From Microbacteriaceae bacterium (GTDB taxonomy: Bacteria > Actinomycetota > Actinomycetes > Actinomycetales > Microbacteriaceae): DNA of 64,000 nt. Under the pieces are notes generated by a model that was not told where the DNA came from, did not search any database, and saw only the letters and a list, made by a program, of their open reading frames with translations. Position numbers and translations under genes: made by a program. Location: the NCBI GenBank assembly GCA_035556075.1, contig DATMFQ010000041.1:11429-75428 (forward strand), read 5' to 3'. Of the stretch, positions 47,973-56,344 are shown piece by piece. Position 1 is the first letter of the stretch. Each line of letters starts with the position of its first letter.

Positions 47973-49693
47973 CAGGTCGGCGTCGCGGCCTCCCCGGCAA
48001 ACCGCGCCGTCGTCCACGCCATGAGCTGGGGGAGTAGCGGTGAGTCCCCCGTCACGACCCCCATGTGGTCGAGCCCCGCATAGGTGCGGTAGTCGATCGC
48101 CTGACCGGCTTGGCACCGCGCGTCCACGTACTCCTGCTGCGCCTCCGGCGCGATGAGCGGATCGGCGAGGCCCTGCGCGACGAGGACGGGGAAGTCGATC
48201 GGCAGCGTCGGCACGTTCTCGATCGCGCGCTGGCCGAGCGCACCCGTCGACGGGTCCTTCGACCACACCGGGCCGCCGGACAGTCCGGCTTGGAGCGCCG
48301 ACACGAGGGTGCCGGGATCGCTGAGACACCGGCTCGCGACCGCCTCGATCGACAGCCGCCCGGAGGGCCGGACGTAGTCATCGACGCGCACGTCCGGGTA
48401 CGCCGCGTCATAGCCGGCGAGCACGAACCCACCGAAGAGCAGGCTCAGCGACTGGTCCGCGAAGGACTTGAGCAGGTACGGCAGGTTCGACGCCGGGGCC
48501 ATGGCGGCGACGCCGAGGAAGTCGAGCTCGGGTGCGTACTCCGCCGCGAGCCCCGCTGTCCACAGTGCCGCGTGGCCGCCCTGGGAGTGCCCCCAGATGA
48601 CCGTCTCGTCGGCGAACTGCGGTCCGTCGAGCTCACGGGCGGCGCGCAGCGCGTCGAGTGCGGCATGTCCGGCGGGCTCGCCGACGACGTACTGGTGGCG
48701 GGTCGGCGTGCCGAGCCCGATGTAGTCGGTCGCGACGACCGCCCAGCCCGCGTCGAGCGCCTCGGCGAGGTCGGGCATGGCGCCGTTGACGAACGGCTCC
48801 GGCAGCAGCGAGGGCGCGCAGCCGGTCGCGACGCCGGTCGTGCCGTGGGTCCACGCGATGACAGGATGCGGGCCACCGCCGTCCGGGACCACGACGAGCC
48901 CCGAGGCGATCGCGGGGGTGTCGCCCAGCCCGGTCGTCGTGTAGAGGATCCTCCAGGCCTGGGCGCCGTCCGGGACGGACCGGGTGAAGGGCGCCGCGCG
49001 CAGCAGCTTGCCTGGCGCGTCGGGCACCTCGTCGGGGGCGCTGTAGAAGGCGTCCGGCACGGGCGTCGTCGAGAAGTGGATGCCGGCGGCCGCGACGCCG
49101 AGTGCGGCGAGCACCGCGATGCCCGCGAGGACGCCGCGGAGCACGAGCCGACGCCGCGGCGATGCGGTGCGTGCCGCCACACGCTGCCGCAGCAGCGGCG
49201 TGAGGGCGGTGCGAATCCCGATGGCACCGAGCCAGACGCCGAAGAGCACGCCGAGCACCCAGACCGTGACGTCGGGCCAGGCGAGGATCGTCACCCCGAT
49301 GACGAGCCCGGCGATGCCGAACAGGATGCGGCTGAATCGCTCGCCGGCGCCCGACTCGCGGGCGGCGATGACGAGGTCGCGCACCCCGGCGACCATCGGC
49401 AGCAGCCCGGCGAGGAGGACGAGGAGCTCGACGGTGAGCCCCGGGAGGATCGCGATGAGCACTGCGAGGACGAATGCGGCGCCCGCGATCGTCAGCCGCA
49501 GCCAGCGCGGTGTCTGGTTCAGCCGGATGACGGCGAGCACGGCCTCGGTGATCGCGACGGCAACGAGGCCGGTCACGAGCAGGATGAGCAGCCAGTTCAC
49601 GGAGGCGAATGGATGGAGGACGAGGGCGACCCCGATGGCGAGCAGCAGGGCGCCGAGGGCCACGCTCAGGATCTGGCGCCAGCGACTCGTCAT
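47969..49693 (-). CDS. Membrane-anchored lipase: N-terminal polytopic DUF308/HdeD-like domain fused to a LIP-family (secretory lipase) alpha/beta hydrolase
   Basis: The first ~200 aa consist of 6 hydrophobic helices (ILSVALGALLLAIGVALVL...). The C-terminal ~370 aa carry the nucleophile elbow GHSQGGHAALW. Confidence 0.7.
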   Translation of the reverse strand: MTSRWRQILSVALGALLLAIGVALVLHPFASVNWLLILLVTGLVAVAITEAVLAVIRLNQTPRWLRLTIAGAAFVLAVLIAILPGLTVELLVLLAGLLPMVAGVRDLVIAARESGAGERFSRILFGIAGLVIGVTILAWPDVTVWVLGVLFGVWLGAIGIRTALTPLLRQRVAARTASPRRRLVLRGVLAGIAVLAALGVAAAGIHFSTTPVPDAFYSAPDEVPDAPGKLLRAAPFTRSVPDGAQAWRILYTTTGLGDTPAIASGLVVVPDGGGPHPVIAWTHGTTGVATGCAPSLLPEPFVNGAMPDLAEALDAGWAVVATDYIGLGTPTRHQYVVGEPAGHAALDALRAARELDGPQFADETVIWGHSQGGHAALWTAGLAAEYAPELDFLGVAAMAPASNLPYLLKSFADQSLSLLFGGFVLAGYDAAYPDVRVDDYVRPSGRLSIEAVASRCLSDPGTLVSALQAGLSGGPVWSKDPSTGALGQRAIENVPTLPIDFPVLVAQGLADPLIAPEAQQEYVDARCQAGQAIDYRTYAGLDHMGVVTGDSPLLPQLMAWTTARFAGEAATPTC

Positions 49694-49770
49694 ACCTGCA
49701 CGTTATCGGGAAATCACCGCGCTCCGTGGACCGTCAACGGCATCATCACCCTCGTATTACCCTTCTCAGC

Positions 49771-50853
49771 GTGCCTGTGCTCGCCCTCGTCATCGCCAGT
49801 CTGTTGTGGGGCACCACGGGCACGGTCGCGAGCTTCCTACCGCCGGAGTTCCCGCGCGTCGCGGTCGGGGCCGCGACGATGGGCATCGGCGGCGTCGTGC
49901 TCTTCCTCGTCAATCTGCGCCGCGCGGTCGCGGTGATCCGCGATCGTGTCGCCCGGCGGTGGCTGGCGCTCGGGCTCGTCGCCGTCATTGCGTATCCGCT
50001 GACGTTCTATCCCGCCATGGAGCTGGCCGGTGTCGCGATCGGCAATGTGCTGTCGATCGGCACGGGCCCCGTCTTCGCGGTCATCATCGAGTGGCTCATG
50101 GAGCGTCGGCGGCCGACCGGGGTATGGCTGATCTCAGCGGTCGTCGCCACCACCGGCATCGGCCTGCTCGCGGTCGGCGGCGAGGGGTCGTCGGCGGGCA
50201 CCGGCGACCTGCTCCCCGGGATCGCACTCGGCCTCGTCGCCGGCATCGCCTACGCGGCCTCTGCGTACAGCGCTGGCCGCATCATGCGGCTCGGGCACGC
50301 CTCGCCGCCGGTCATGGGCGCCACCTTCGGGCTCGGCGCCATCGTGCTCCTGCCGATCCTGTTCGTCACTGGTGACGTTCTGCTGAGCTCGCCGTCGTCG
50401 CTGGGGATCGTCGCCTACCTCGTGCTCGGTCCCACCCTCATCGGCTACGTCCTGTTCGGCATCGGGGTGCGCGCGCTCGCCACCTCGACGGTACTGCTCA
50501 TCACGATGCTCGAGCCGGTGGTCACGACGGTGCTGGCGGTGGTCGTCGTGGGCGAGCGCCTCACCGTGGTCGCTTGGCTCGGCATGGTCGGCATCCTGGT
50601 TGCGATCGCCTGCATCACCGTGGCGGCACTCGGGCGGTCGTGGCGCATGGCGTCGCGATCACGGGCCGACTCGGCGGCACCGGCCTCCCGCATTCGTCGA
50701 CGAATAGACTGGCGCGATGGCCACGACCCTTCGCGACCTCCACATCGCCGCGACCGCACTGTGGCCGCTGGACGCAGTGGCGGACTGGGACGTCGTCGGG
50801 CTGACCGTCGGCGCGCCGAGCGACGCGGTGACGCGAGTGCTCCTCGCCGTTGA
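49771..50853 (+). CDS. EamA/DMT-family transporter
   Basis: Start trimmed to GTG giving VPVLALVIASLLWGTTGTVASF. It has ten hydrophobic segments. The last ~70 aa are Arg-rich and overlap the next gene, so the functional 3' end is uncertain. Confidence 0.75.
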   Translation: MPVLALVIASLLWGTTGTVASFLPPEFPRVAVGAATMGIGGVVLFLVNLRRAVAVIRDRVARRWLALGLVAVIAYPLTFYPAMELAGVAIGNVLSIGTGPVFAVIIEWLMERRRPTGVWLISAVVATTGIGLLAVGGEGSSAGTGDLLPGIALGLVAGIAYAASAYSAGRIMRLGHASPPVMGATFGLGAIVLLPILFVTGDVLLSSPSSLGIVAYLVLGPTLIGYVLFGIGVRALATSTVLLITMLEPVVTTVLAVVVVGERLTVVAWLGMVGILVAIACITVAALGRSWRMASRSRADSAAPASRIRRRIDWRDGHDPSRPPHRRDRTVAAGRSGGLGRRRADRRRAERRGDASAPRR

Positions 50854-51553
50854 CCCCGTCGCGGCCACGGTCGACGAGGCGGTTGCGGGCGGCTACGACC
50901 TGCTCCTCACCCATCACCCGCTGCTGCTGCGCGGTGTGCACACGCTCGCAGGCGACCGCGTCAAGGGTGCGCTCGTCACGAGACTCATCCGCGGCGGCTG
51001 TGCGCTCTACAGCGCGCACACGAATGCGGACTCCGTCGACGCTGGTACGTCCGGGGTGCTCGCGGCTCGCCTCGGGCTGCGTGAGGCGCACCCCTTCGAC
51101 CAGTTGGCCGGCGCACGCGATGATGCGGCCGGTGACCTCGGGATCGGCCGCGTCGGCGACCTCGCAGAGCCGACGACCCTCGGCCAGCTCGCGCGGCAGC
51201 TCGCGAGCATCCTGCCGTCGACGGCGGCCGGGGTCCTCGGCAGCGGCGACTTCGATCGGTCGGTGCGCCGGGTCGCGATCTGCGGCGGTGCCGGCGACGC
51301 CTACCTCGCGCACCCCGCCGTGCTCGGTGCCGACGTCTACATCACGGCGGACCTCAGGCACCACCCTGCGCAGGACGCGCGAGAGCAGGCGGCGCTCGAC
51401 GGCGGCCCCGCGCTCATCGGGGTGTCGCACTGGGCGAGCGAGTGGGTGTGGCTCGACGCCGCAGCCGAGCAGCTGCGGGCGGCGCTGCCGAGCGTCGAGT
51501 TCGTCGTCAGCGAATTGCGGACGGATCCGTGGGATTTTACGGTCGTGCAGTGA
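50717..51553 (+). CDS. Nif3-family dinuclear metal-centre protein (Rv2230c-like)
   Basis: MATTLRDLHIAATALWP...DLLLTHHPLL and ITADLRHH motifs. Confidence 0.88.
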   Translation: MATTLRDLHIAATALWPLDAVADWDVVGLTVGAPSDAVTRVLLAVDPVAATVDEAVAGGYDLLLTHHPLLLRGVHTLAGDRVKGALVTRLIRGGCALYSAHTNADSVDAGTSGVLAARLGLREAHPFDQLAGARDDAAGDLGIGRVGDLAEPTTLGQLARQLASILPSTAAGVLGSGDFDRSVRRVAICGGAGDAYLAHPAVLGADVYITADLRHHPAQDAREQAALDGGPALIGVSHWASEWVWLDAAAEQLRAALPSVEFVVSELRTDPWDFTVVQ

Positions 51554-51575
51554 GCGCCCGCGGTAAGGATGTGGC

Positions 51576-52310
51576 ATGAAGGCGGCACCAGGCGACCAGG
51601 AGCTGCTGCTCGACTTGCAGCACCTCGACACGCGGCACGCGCAGGCGACGCGGCGAGAGGCGCAGCCGGCCGAGGCTGAGGCGGCCGCGGCGGCACGGGC
51701 GGAGCGCGATCGGGTGCGGGCCGATGCCGGCACCCTCCGCGACGCGCTTGAGGACGACGAGCTTGAGCTTCGCCGTGTCGAGTCGGACGTCGAACTCATC
51801 ACCCAGCGGCTCGCGCACGATGAGGAGCGGATGCTCCGGGCCACGGATGCGAAGCAGGCCACCGCATTCGAGCACGAGGTCGCCTCGCTGCGGCGGCGGC
51901 GAGCTGACCTCGAGGAGGTCCAGCTCATCGTGATGGAGCGTGTCGAGGCGCACGAGGCCGCGGTGCGGGCGGTCGAGGCTGACCTTGCGGCGCGGGAGCG
52001 AGCGGTCGCCGAGGCGGAGCAGGCGGTCGCGACCGCCGTCGCGGCGCACGGCGCCGAGCGGGTCGAGATCGAGCAGGAACGGGCCGAGCTCGTGGGGCGA
52101 CTCCCGGCCGACCTCGTCGCACTGTACGAGAAGCAGCGGGCCCGCTACGGCTTTGGCGCCTCGCGGCTGCGCCGGGGCGTCTCGGAGGCGTCCGGGGTCG
52201 CACTCCTCGCCGACGAGCTCCACACCGTCCGCTCGGCGGCGCCGGACGACGTCCTCATCTGTCCCTCGTCGAATGCGATCCTGGTGCGGACCGCGGAGTC
52301 GGGGCTGTGA
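51576..52310 (+). CDS. COG1579-type coiled-coil protein with a degenerate C-terminal zinc ribbon (Rv2229c-like)
   Basis: Long Ala/Glu/Arg coiled coil plus a C-terminal ...GVSEASGV...ICPSSNAILV. It sits in the conserved slot between the Nif3 and RNase H genes. Confidence 0.75.
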   Translation: MKAAPGDQELLLDLQHLDTRHAQATRREAQPAEAEAAAAARAERDRVRADAGTLRDALEDDELELRRVESDVELITQRLAHDEERMLRATDAKQATAFEHEVASLRRRRADLEEVQLIVMERVEAHEAAVRAVEADLAARERAVAEAEQAVATAVAAHGAERVEIEQERAELVGRLPADLVALYEKQRARYGFGASRLRRGVSEASGVALLADELHTVRSAAPDDVLICPSSNAILVRTAESGL

Positions 52311-52726
52311 CCCGCGAGCTCATCATCGAGGCTGACGGTGGATCCCGGGGCAATCCGGGGCCATCCGGCAGCGGTGCGGTCGTCGTCGATGCCGCGACGG
52401 GCGAGGTGCTTGCCGAGATCGGCATCTGGGGCGGTGTCGCCTCGAACAACGTCGCGGAGTACCGCGGGATGATCGCGGGGGTCCGCCGCGCGCTCAGGAT
52501 CGACCCCGACGCGGTGCTCACCGTCCGAATGGACTCGAAGCTCGTCGTCGAGCAGATGTCGGGCCGCTGGAAGATCAAGCACCCCGACATGGCGGAACTT
52601 GCCGCCGAGGCCCGGGAAGTGCTCACCGGGACGCCGGTGCGATTCGAGTGGGTCCCGCGGGAGCGCAACTCCCGCGCCGACCGCCTCGCGAACCTCGCGA
52701 TGGACGCGGGCGCGGACCTCCCCTGA
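52307..52726 (+). CDS. rnhA: Ribonuclease HI (stand-alone RNase H domain)
   Basis: GTGA overlap with the upstream gene. DEDD residues sit in the contexts EADGGSRGNPG, NNVAEY, RMDSKLV and NSRADRLAN. Confidence 0.88.
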   Translation: MTRELIIEADGGSRGNPGPSGSGAVVVDAATGEVLAEIGIWGGVASNNVAEYRGMIAGVRRALRIDPDAVLTVRMDSKLVVEQMSGRWKIKHPDMAELAAEAREVLTGTPVRFEWVPRERNSRADRLANLAMDAGADLP

Positions 52727-52841
52727 CCAGGGTGTTGTGCGACGTGAAGGAAGAACCGGCCGCTCACGCGCATAGCGCACGCGAAGGCGCCGAATCGCCT
52801 TCACTTCGCACGGGTCGCGCCAGAGGCGGTACCGTTATCGC

Positions 52842-53225
52842 GGAACGGGTCGGCCAGGCGACCGCGTCGTCCGCGCAAGCGGGCGCCGAGGAACGTCCGG
52901 GCTCCGCAGAGCAGGGCGGTGGGTAACACCCACCCGGAGCAATCCGCGAGCAGAGCGCAACAGAGAGTAGACCGCCCGTCGGGCAACCGGCGGGTAAGGG
53001 TGAAACGGTGGGGTAAGAGCCCACCAGTGGACCGGGTGACCGGTCCAGCTGGGCAAGCCTCGCCCGGAGCAAGACCAGACAGGGGACGATGACGCGGCTC
53101 GCCGAGTCCCCGGGTAGGTCGCTGGAGCCGGATGGCAACATCCGGCCGAGATGGATGGTCGCCTCACCGGTCCGGTGCACACCGGATCGGTCAGACAGAA
53201 CCCGGCGTATCGGCCGGCCCGTTCC
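52842..53225 (+). ncRNA. rnpB: RNase P RNA, bacterial type A
   Basis: Conserved regions read directly: GAGGAACGTCCGGGCTCC (CR-I), AAGGGTGAAACGGTGGGGTAAGAGCCCACC (CR-IV region), ACAGAACCCGGCGTA (CR-V). P1 forms between GGAACGGGTCGGCC (52842..) and GGCCGGCCCGTTCC (..53225). The ends are accurate to within a few nt. Confidence 0.9.
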
Positions 53226-53237
53226 CTGTCTCGCGGC

Positions 53238-54011
53238 TCAGCCGCGCGCCGACCGCGTGACCGCGCTGTCGGCGGCCAGTGCCGCCGCGCCGAGGATCCC
53301 TGCGTTGTTGCGGTGCACGGCCGTCAGGATCGGCGCTTGCAGGTCGAGCAGCGGGAGGAACTCCTCCGACTCCTTCGAGATACCGCCGCCGACCACGAAG
53401 AGGTCCGGGGAGAAGACCCGCTCGAGATGGGTGTAGAAGCGCTGCAGGCGAGTCGCCCACTCCTCCCAGCTCAGGCCCTCGCGCGTCTTCGCCGACGACG
53501 CGGCGCGCGCTTCGGCGATCTCGCCGTCGAGCTCCAGGTGGCCGAACTCGGTGTTGGGCACGAGGACCCCGTTATAGATGAATGCGCTCCCAATCCCGGT
53601 GCCGAGCGTCGTCATAATGACGAGGCCGTCGACATCCTTCGCGGCACCGAACCGGAGCTCGGCGTGGCCCGCGGCATCGGCGTCGTTGAGGAAGAACACG
53701 TCGCGGCCGAGGGCGTCCTCGAATCGGGCCTCCGCGTCGTAGTCGATCCAGTGTGCCGAGATGTTGCCTGCCGACAGCGTGCGGCCGTGCTTGACAATCG
53801 TTGGGAAGGCGATGCCGACGGGGAGGTCCGGTGCGTCCGCGCCCGGGATGCGGTCGAGGAGTTCGAGCACGGTCGCGATGATCGGTTCGGGCTCGCCCCC
53901 GGCGGGGGTGCGGAGCTTCTCGCGCGGTGTGGTGAGCTCCCCCGCGGCGGAGTCGACGATTGCACCCTTGATGCCGGTGCCGCCGATGTCGATGCCGAGT
54001 GCGGTGCCCAC
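53238..54011 (-). CDS. ppgK: Polyphosphate/ATP glucokinase (ROK family)
   Basis: LGIDIGGTGIKGAIVD N-terminal ATPase motif. 257 aa, with PpgK-like length and sequence. Confidence 0.88.
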   Translation of the reverse strand: MGTALGIDIGGTGIKGAIVDSAAGELTTPREKLRTPAGGEPEPIIATVLELLDRIPGADAPDLPVGIAFPTIVKHGRTLSAGNISAHWIDYDAEARFEDALGRDVFFLNDADAAGHAELRFGAAKDVDGLVIMTTLGTGIGSAFIYNGVLVPNTEFGHLELDGEIAEARAASSAKTREGLSWEEWATRLQRFYTHLERVFSPDLFVVGGGISKESEEFLPLLDLQAPILTAVHRNNAGILGAAALAADSAVTRSARG

Positions 54012-54020
54012 GATTCGACT

Positions 54021-54905
54021 CTAAGCCAGCGTCAGGATCTCCGCGCCGGACTCGGTGACGACGATGGTGTGCTCGAACTGGGCGGTGCGACGCCGATCGC
54101 GCGTGACGACCGTCCAGCCGTCGTCCCATTCATCCCACGCGATCGTGCCGGGCTCCTCGGGGGTTCCGATCGTGAGCATGGGCTCGATCGTGAAGACCAT
54201 GCCGGGCACGAGTTCCTTGTCGTGCAGCGGCGCGGCGTCGTAGTGCGGCACGATGAGCCCGGTGTGGAATGCCCGACCGACGCCGTGGCCGGTGAACTCC
54301 CGGATGACCCCGTAGCCGAATCGTTTCGCATACGACTCGATCGCGCGGCCGATCAGGTTGATCTGGCGACCGGGCGCGACGACCTTGATGCCGCGGTGCA
54401 TCGCCTCCTCGGTGCGGGTGACGAGGTCCATGGTGTCCTGGTCGGCGTCGCCGACGATGAAGGTGCGGTTAAGGTCGCCGTGCATGCCCTCGCGGTACGC
54501 CGTGATGTCGACGTTGATGAGGTCGCCGTCCCGCAGCACCGTGTCGTCGGGGATGCCGTGGCAGACGACCTCGTTGAGGCTCGTGCAGCAGCTTTTCGGG
54601 TAGCCGCGATACCCGAGGGTGGAGGGGTACGCGTCGTTGGCCACGAGGAATTCGTGTGCCACCCGATCGAGTTCCTCGGTCGTCACGCCGGGACGAATCG
54701 CTTCGCCGACTCGCTCGATCGCCTGCGCCGCGATCCGCCCGGAGCGCCGGATTCGCTCGATCTCCTCCGCGGTGTACACGTCGCCGCCGGTGTAGGCCGC
54801 AGGTGCGGGTCGGCCGGCATATTCCGGTCGAGGAATGCGTGGCGGCACGGCGCGCTGCGGTGAGACGACGCCGGGAATGAGGTGACCTTCATCGTCCCAG
54901 GGCAT
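54021..54905 (-). CDS. map: Type I methionine aminopeptidase with an N-terminal Pro-rich extension (class Ic)
   Basis: Metal-ligand contexts ([34 protein letters not shown]) and the N-terminal PPRIPRPEY extension. Confidence 0.92.
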   Translation of the reverse strand: MPWDDEGHLIPGVVSPQRAVPPRIPRPEYAGRPAPAAYTGGDVYTAEEIERIRRSGRIAAQAIERVGEAIRPGVTTEELDRVAHEFLVANDAYPSTLGYRGYPKSCCTSLNEVVCHGIPDDTVLRDGDLINVDITAYREGMHGDLNRTFIVGDADQDTMDLVTRTEEAMHRGIKVVAPGRQINLIGRAIESYAKRFGYGVIREFTGHGVGRAFHTGLIVPHYDAAPLHDKELVPGMVFTIEPMLTIGTPEEPGTIAWDEWDDGWTVVTRDRRRTAQFEHTIVVTESGAEILTLA

Positions 54906-54916
54906 ACCATCAGCCT

Positions 54917-55114
54917 ATGACTGACCGTACTGAGCGCCCTGACGAATGGTGGTTCAACGAGCGAACCGGTGAGGTCGAGCACGGCCCCTGGTCGCTGGGC
55001 ACGGACCGGCTCGGTCCCTTCCCGTCGCGGGAGAAAGCCGAGCGCGCGCACGAGGCGATCGCCGAGCGCGCGCGCCGCTGGGCCGAGGAGGATGCGGCCG
55101 AGGAGGGCCGCTAG
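54917..55114 (+). CDS. Small conserved actinobacterial protein of unknown function (65 aa)
   Basis: WWFNERTGEVEHGPWSLGTDRLGPFPSREKAERAHEAI resembles a recurrent small-protein family in Actinobacteria. Function unknown. Confidence 0.55.
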   Translation: MTDRTERPDEWWFNERTGEVEHGPWSLGTDRLGPFPSREKAERAHEAIAERARRWAEEDAAEEGR

Positions 55115-55485
55115 CCGAAGCGCCGGGGCAGGCCGCCCATCGCCATGTCGCCGAGGCCCGCGAAGATGGCGCTCATGGCGATGCCCCAGAACGTCATGAA
55201 GAGGATGACGCCGATGACGAACAGGCCGACCATCACGTAGCCGGCGACCAGCCCGACCATGGCGAAGGTGCGGCCACTCGGCTCCTTGCTGAGCCCGATG
55301 TGGCCGAGCACGATCGCGGCGATCGACGGCAGGCCGGGGCTGATGATGCCGACGAGGCCGAGGGTGAACGAGACGATGCTGAGGTAGTGCGGGCCGGTGG
55401 CCGCGGGAGCCGGTGTGTCGACGGTTTGGTCGATCGCCGGCTCAGTTGGCGCGGTCGCCTCGTCGGCGGTGTGGGGGTCGGTCAT
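55111..55485 (-). CDS. DUF4190 membrane protein
   Basis: Start trimmed to ATG giving MTDPHTADEA..., just downstream of the panB stop. The core LSIVSFTLGLVGIISPGLPSIAAIVLGHIGL is typical of DUF4190. Confidence 0.75.
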   Translation of the reverse strand: MTDPHTADEATAPTEPAIDQTVDTPAPAATGPHYLSIVSFTLGLVGIISPGLPSIAAIVLGHIGLSKEPSGRTFAMVGLVAGYVMVGLFVIGVILFMTFWGIAMSAIFAGLGDMAMGGLPRRFG

Positions 55486-55495
55486 CGCGGGGTCC

Positions 55496-56320
55496 CTACT
55501 GCTCGTCGTATTCGTGCTCGGCCGCAGGATAGCTGCCCGACATGACGTCTTCGCGATACGCCTGTGCGGCACTGCGCAGGGTGCCGCGAAGGTTGGCGTA
55601 CTGCTTGACGAACTTCGGGACCCGCCCGCCCCCAAGTCCCGCCCAGTCGGTCCAGACCAGGATCTGGCCGTCGCAGTGCGGGCCCGCGCCGATGCCGATC
55701 GTTGGGATCGTGAGCGCCTCGGTCACCCGCCGGGCGATCTCGGAGGGGGTCATCTCGATGACGACCGCGAATGCGCCCGCTGATTCGACCGCGTGCGCCT
55801 CCGCGAGGAGTTGCTCCGCCGCCTCGCCGCGCCCCTGCACGACGTGCCCGCCGAGCCCGTGCTCGGACTGCGGGGTGAAGCCGATGTGGCCCATGACGGG
55901 GATACCCGCCGTGACAAGGCGCTTGATCTGCTCGGCCGAGCGGACGCCGCCCTCGAGCTTGACCGCGTGCGCACCCGTCTCCTTCATGAAGCGCACGGCG
56001 GTCGCCAGTGCCTGGTCGGGGCCGGATTCATAGCTGCCGAATGGCAGGTCGGCGACGACGAATGCACGGCGTGTCGCGCTCGCTACGGCGCGCGTCAGCG
56101 GGATGAGCTCATCGACCGTGACGGGCAGCGTCGTGTCGTAGCCGAGGACGGTGTTGCCCGCGGAGTCGCCGACGAGGAGCACGTCGATGCCGGCCTCGTC
56201 GAAGATCTGCGCGGTCTGGACGTCGTAGCTCGTCAGCGCGGTGATCTTGATGCCATCGGCCTTGGCCTGGAGGAAGTGTCGGGTGCGGACGCGCTTCGGC
56301 GTCTCGCTCACATCAGCCAT
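55496..56320 (-). CDS. panB: 3-methyl-2-oxobutanoate hydroxymethyltransferase
   Basis: 274 aa with [18 protein letters not shown] and VKLEGG motifs. Confidence 0.93.
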   Translation of the reverse strand: MADVSETPKRVRTRHFLQAKADGIKITALTSYDVQTAQIFDEAGIDVLLVGDSAGNTVLGYDTTLPVTVDELIPLTRAVASATRRAFVVADLPFGSYESGPDQALATAVRFMKETGAHAVKLEGGVRSAEQIKRLVTAGIPVMGHIGFTPQSEHGLGGHVVQGRGEAAEQLLAEAHAVESAGAFAVVIEMTPSEIARRVTEALTIPTIGIGAGPHCDGQILVWTDWAGLGGGRVPKFVKQYANLRGTLRSAAQAYREDVMSGSYPAAEHEYDEQ

Positions 56321-56344
56321 GGCCTCAGCCTAGACCCCGGGGGT

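Noticed and set aside
52764-53436. ORFs 52764..53180 (-), 52835..53182 (-) and 53089..53436 (+).
   Set aside because: They overlap the RNase P RNA gene, whose conserved CR-I/CR-IV/CR-V sequences and P1 pairing explain this stretch. They have no coding features.
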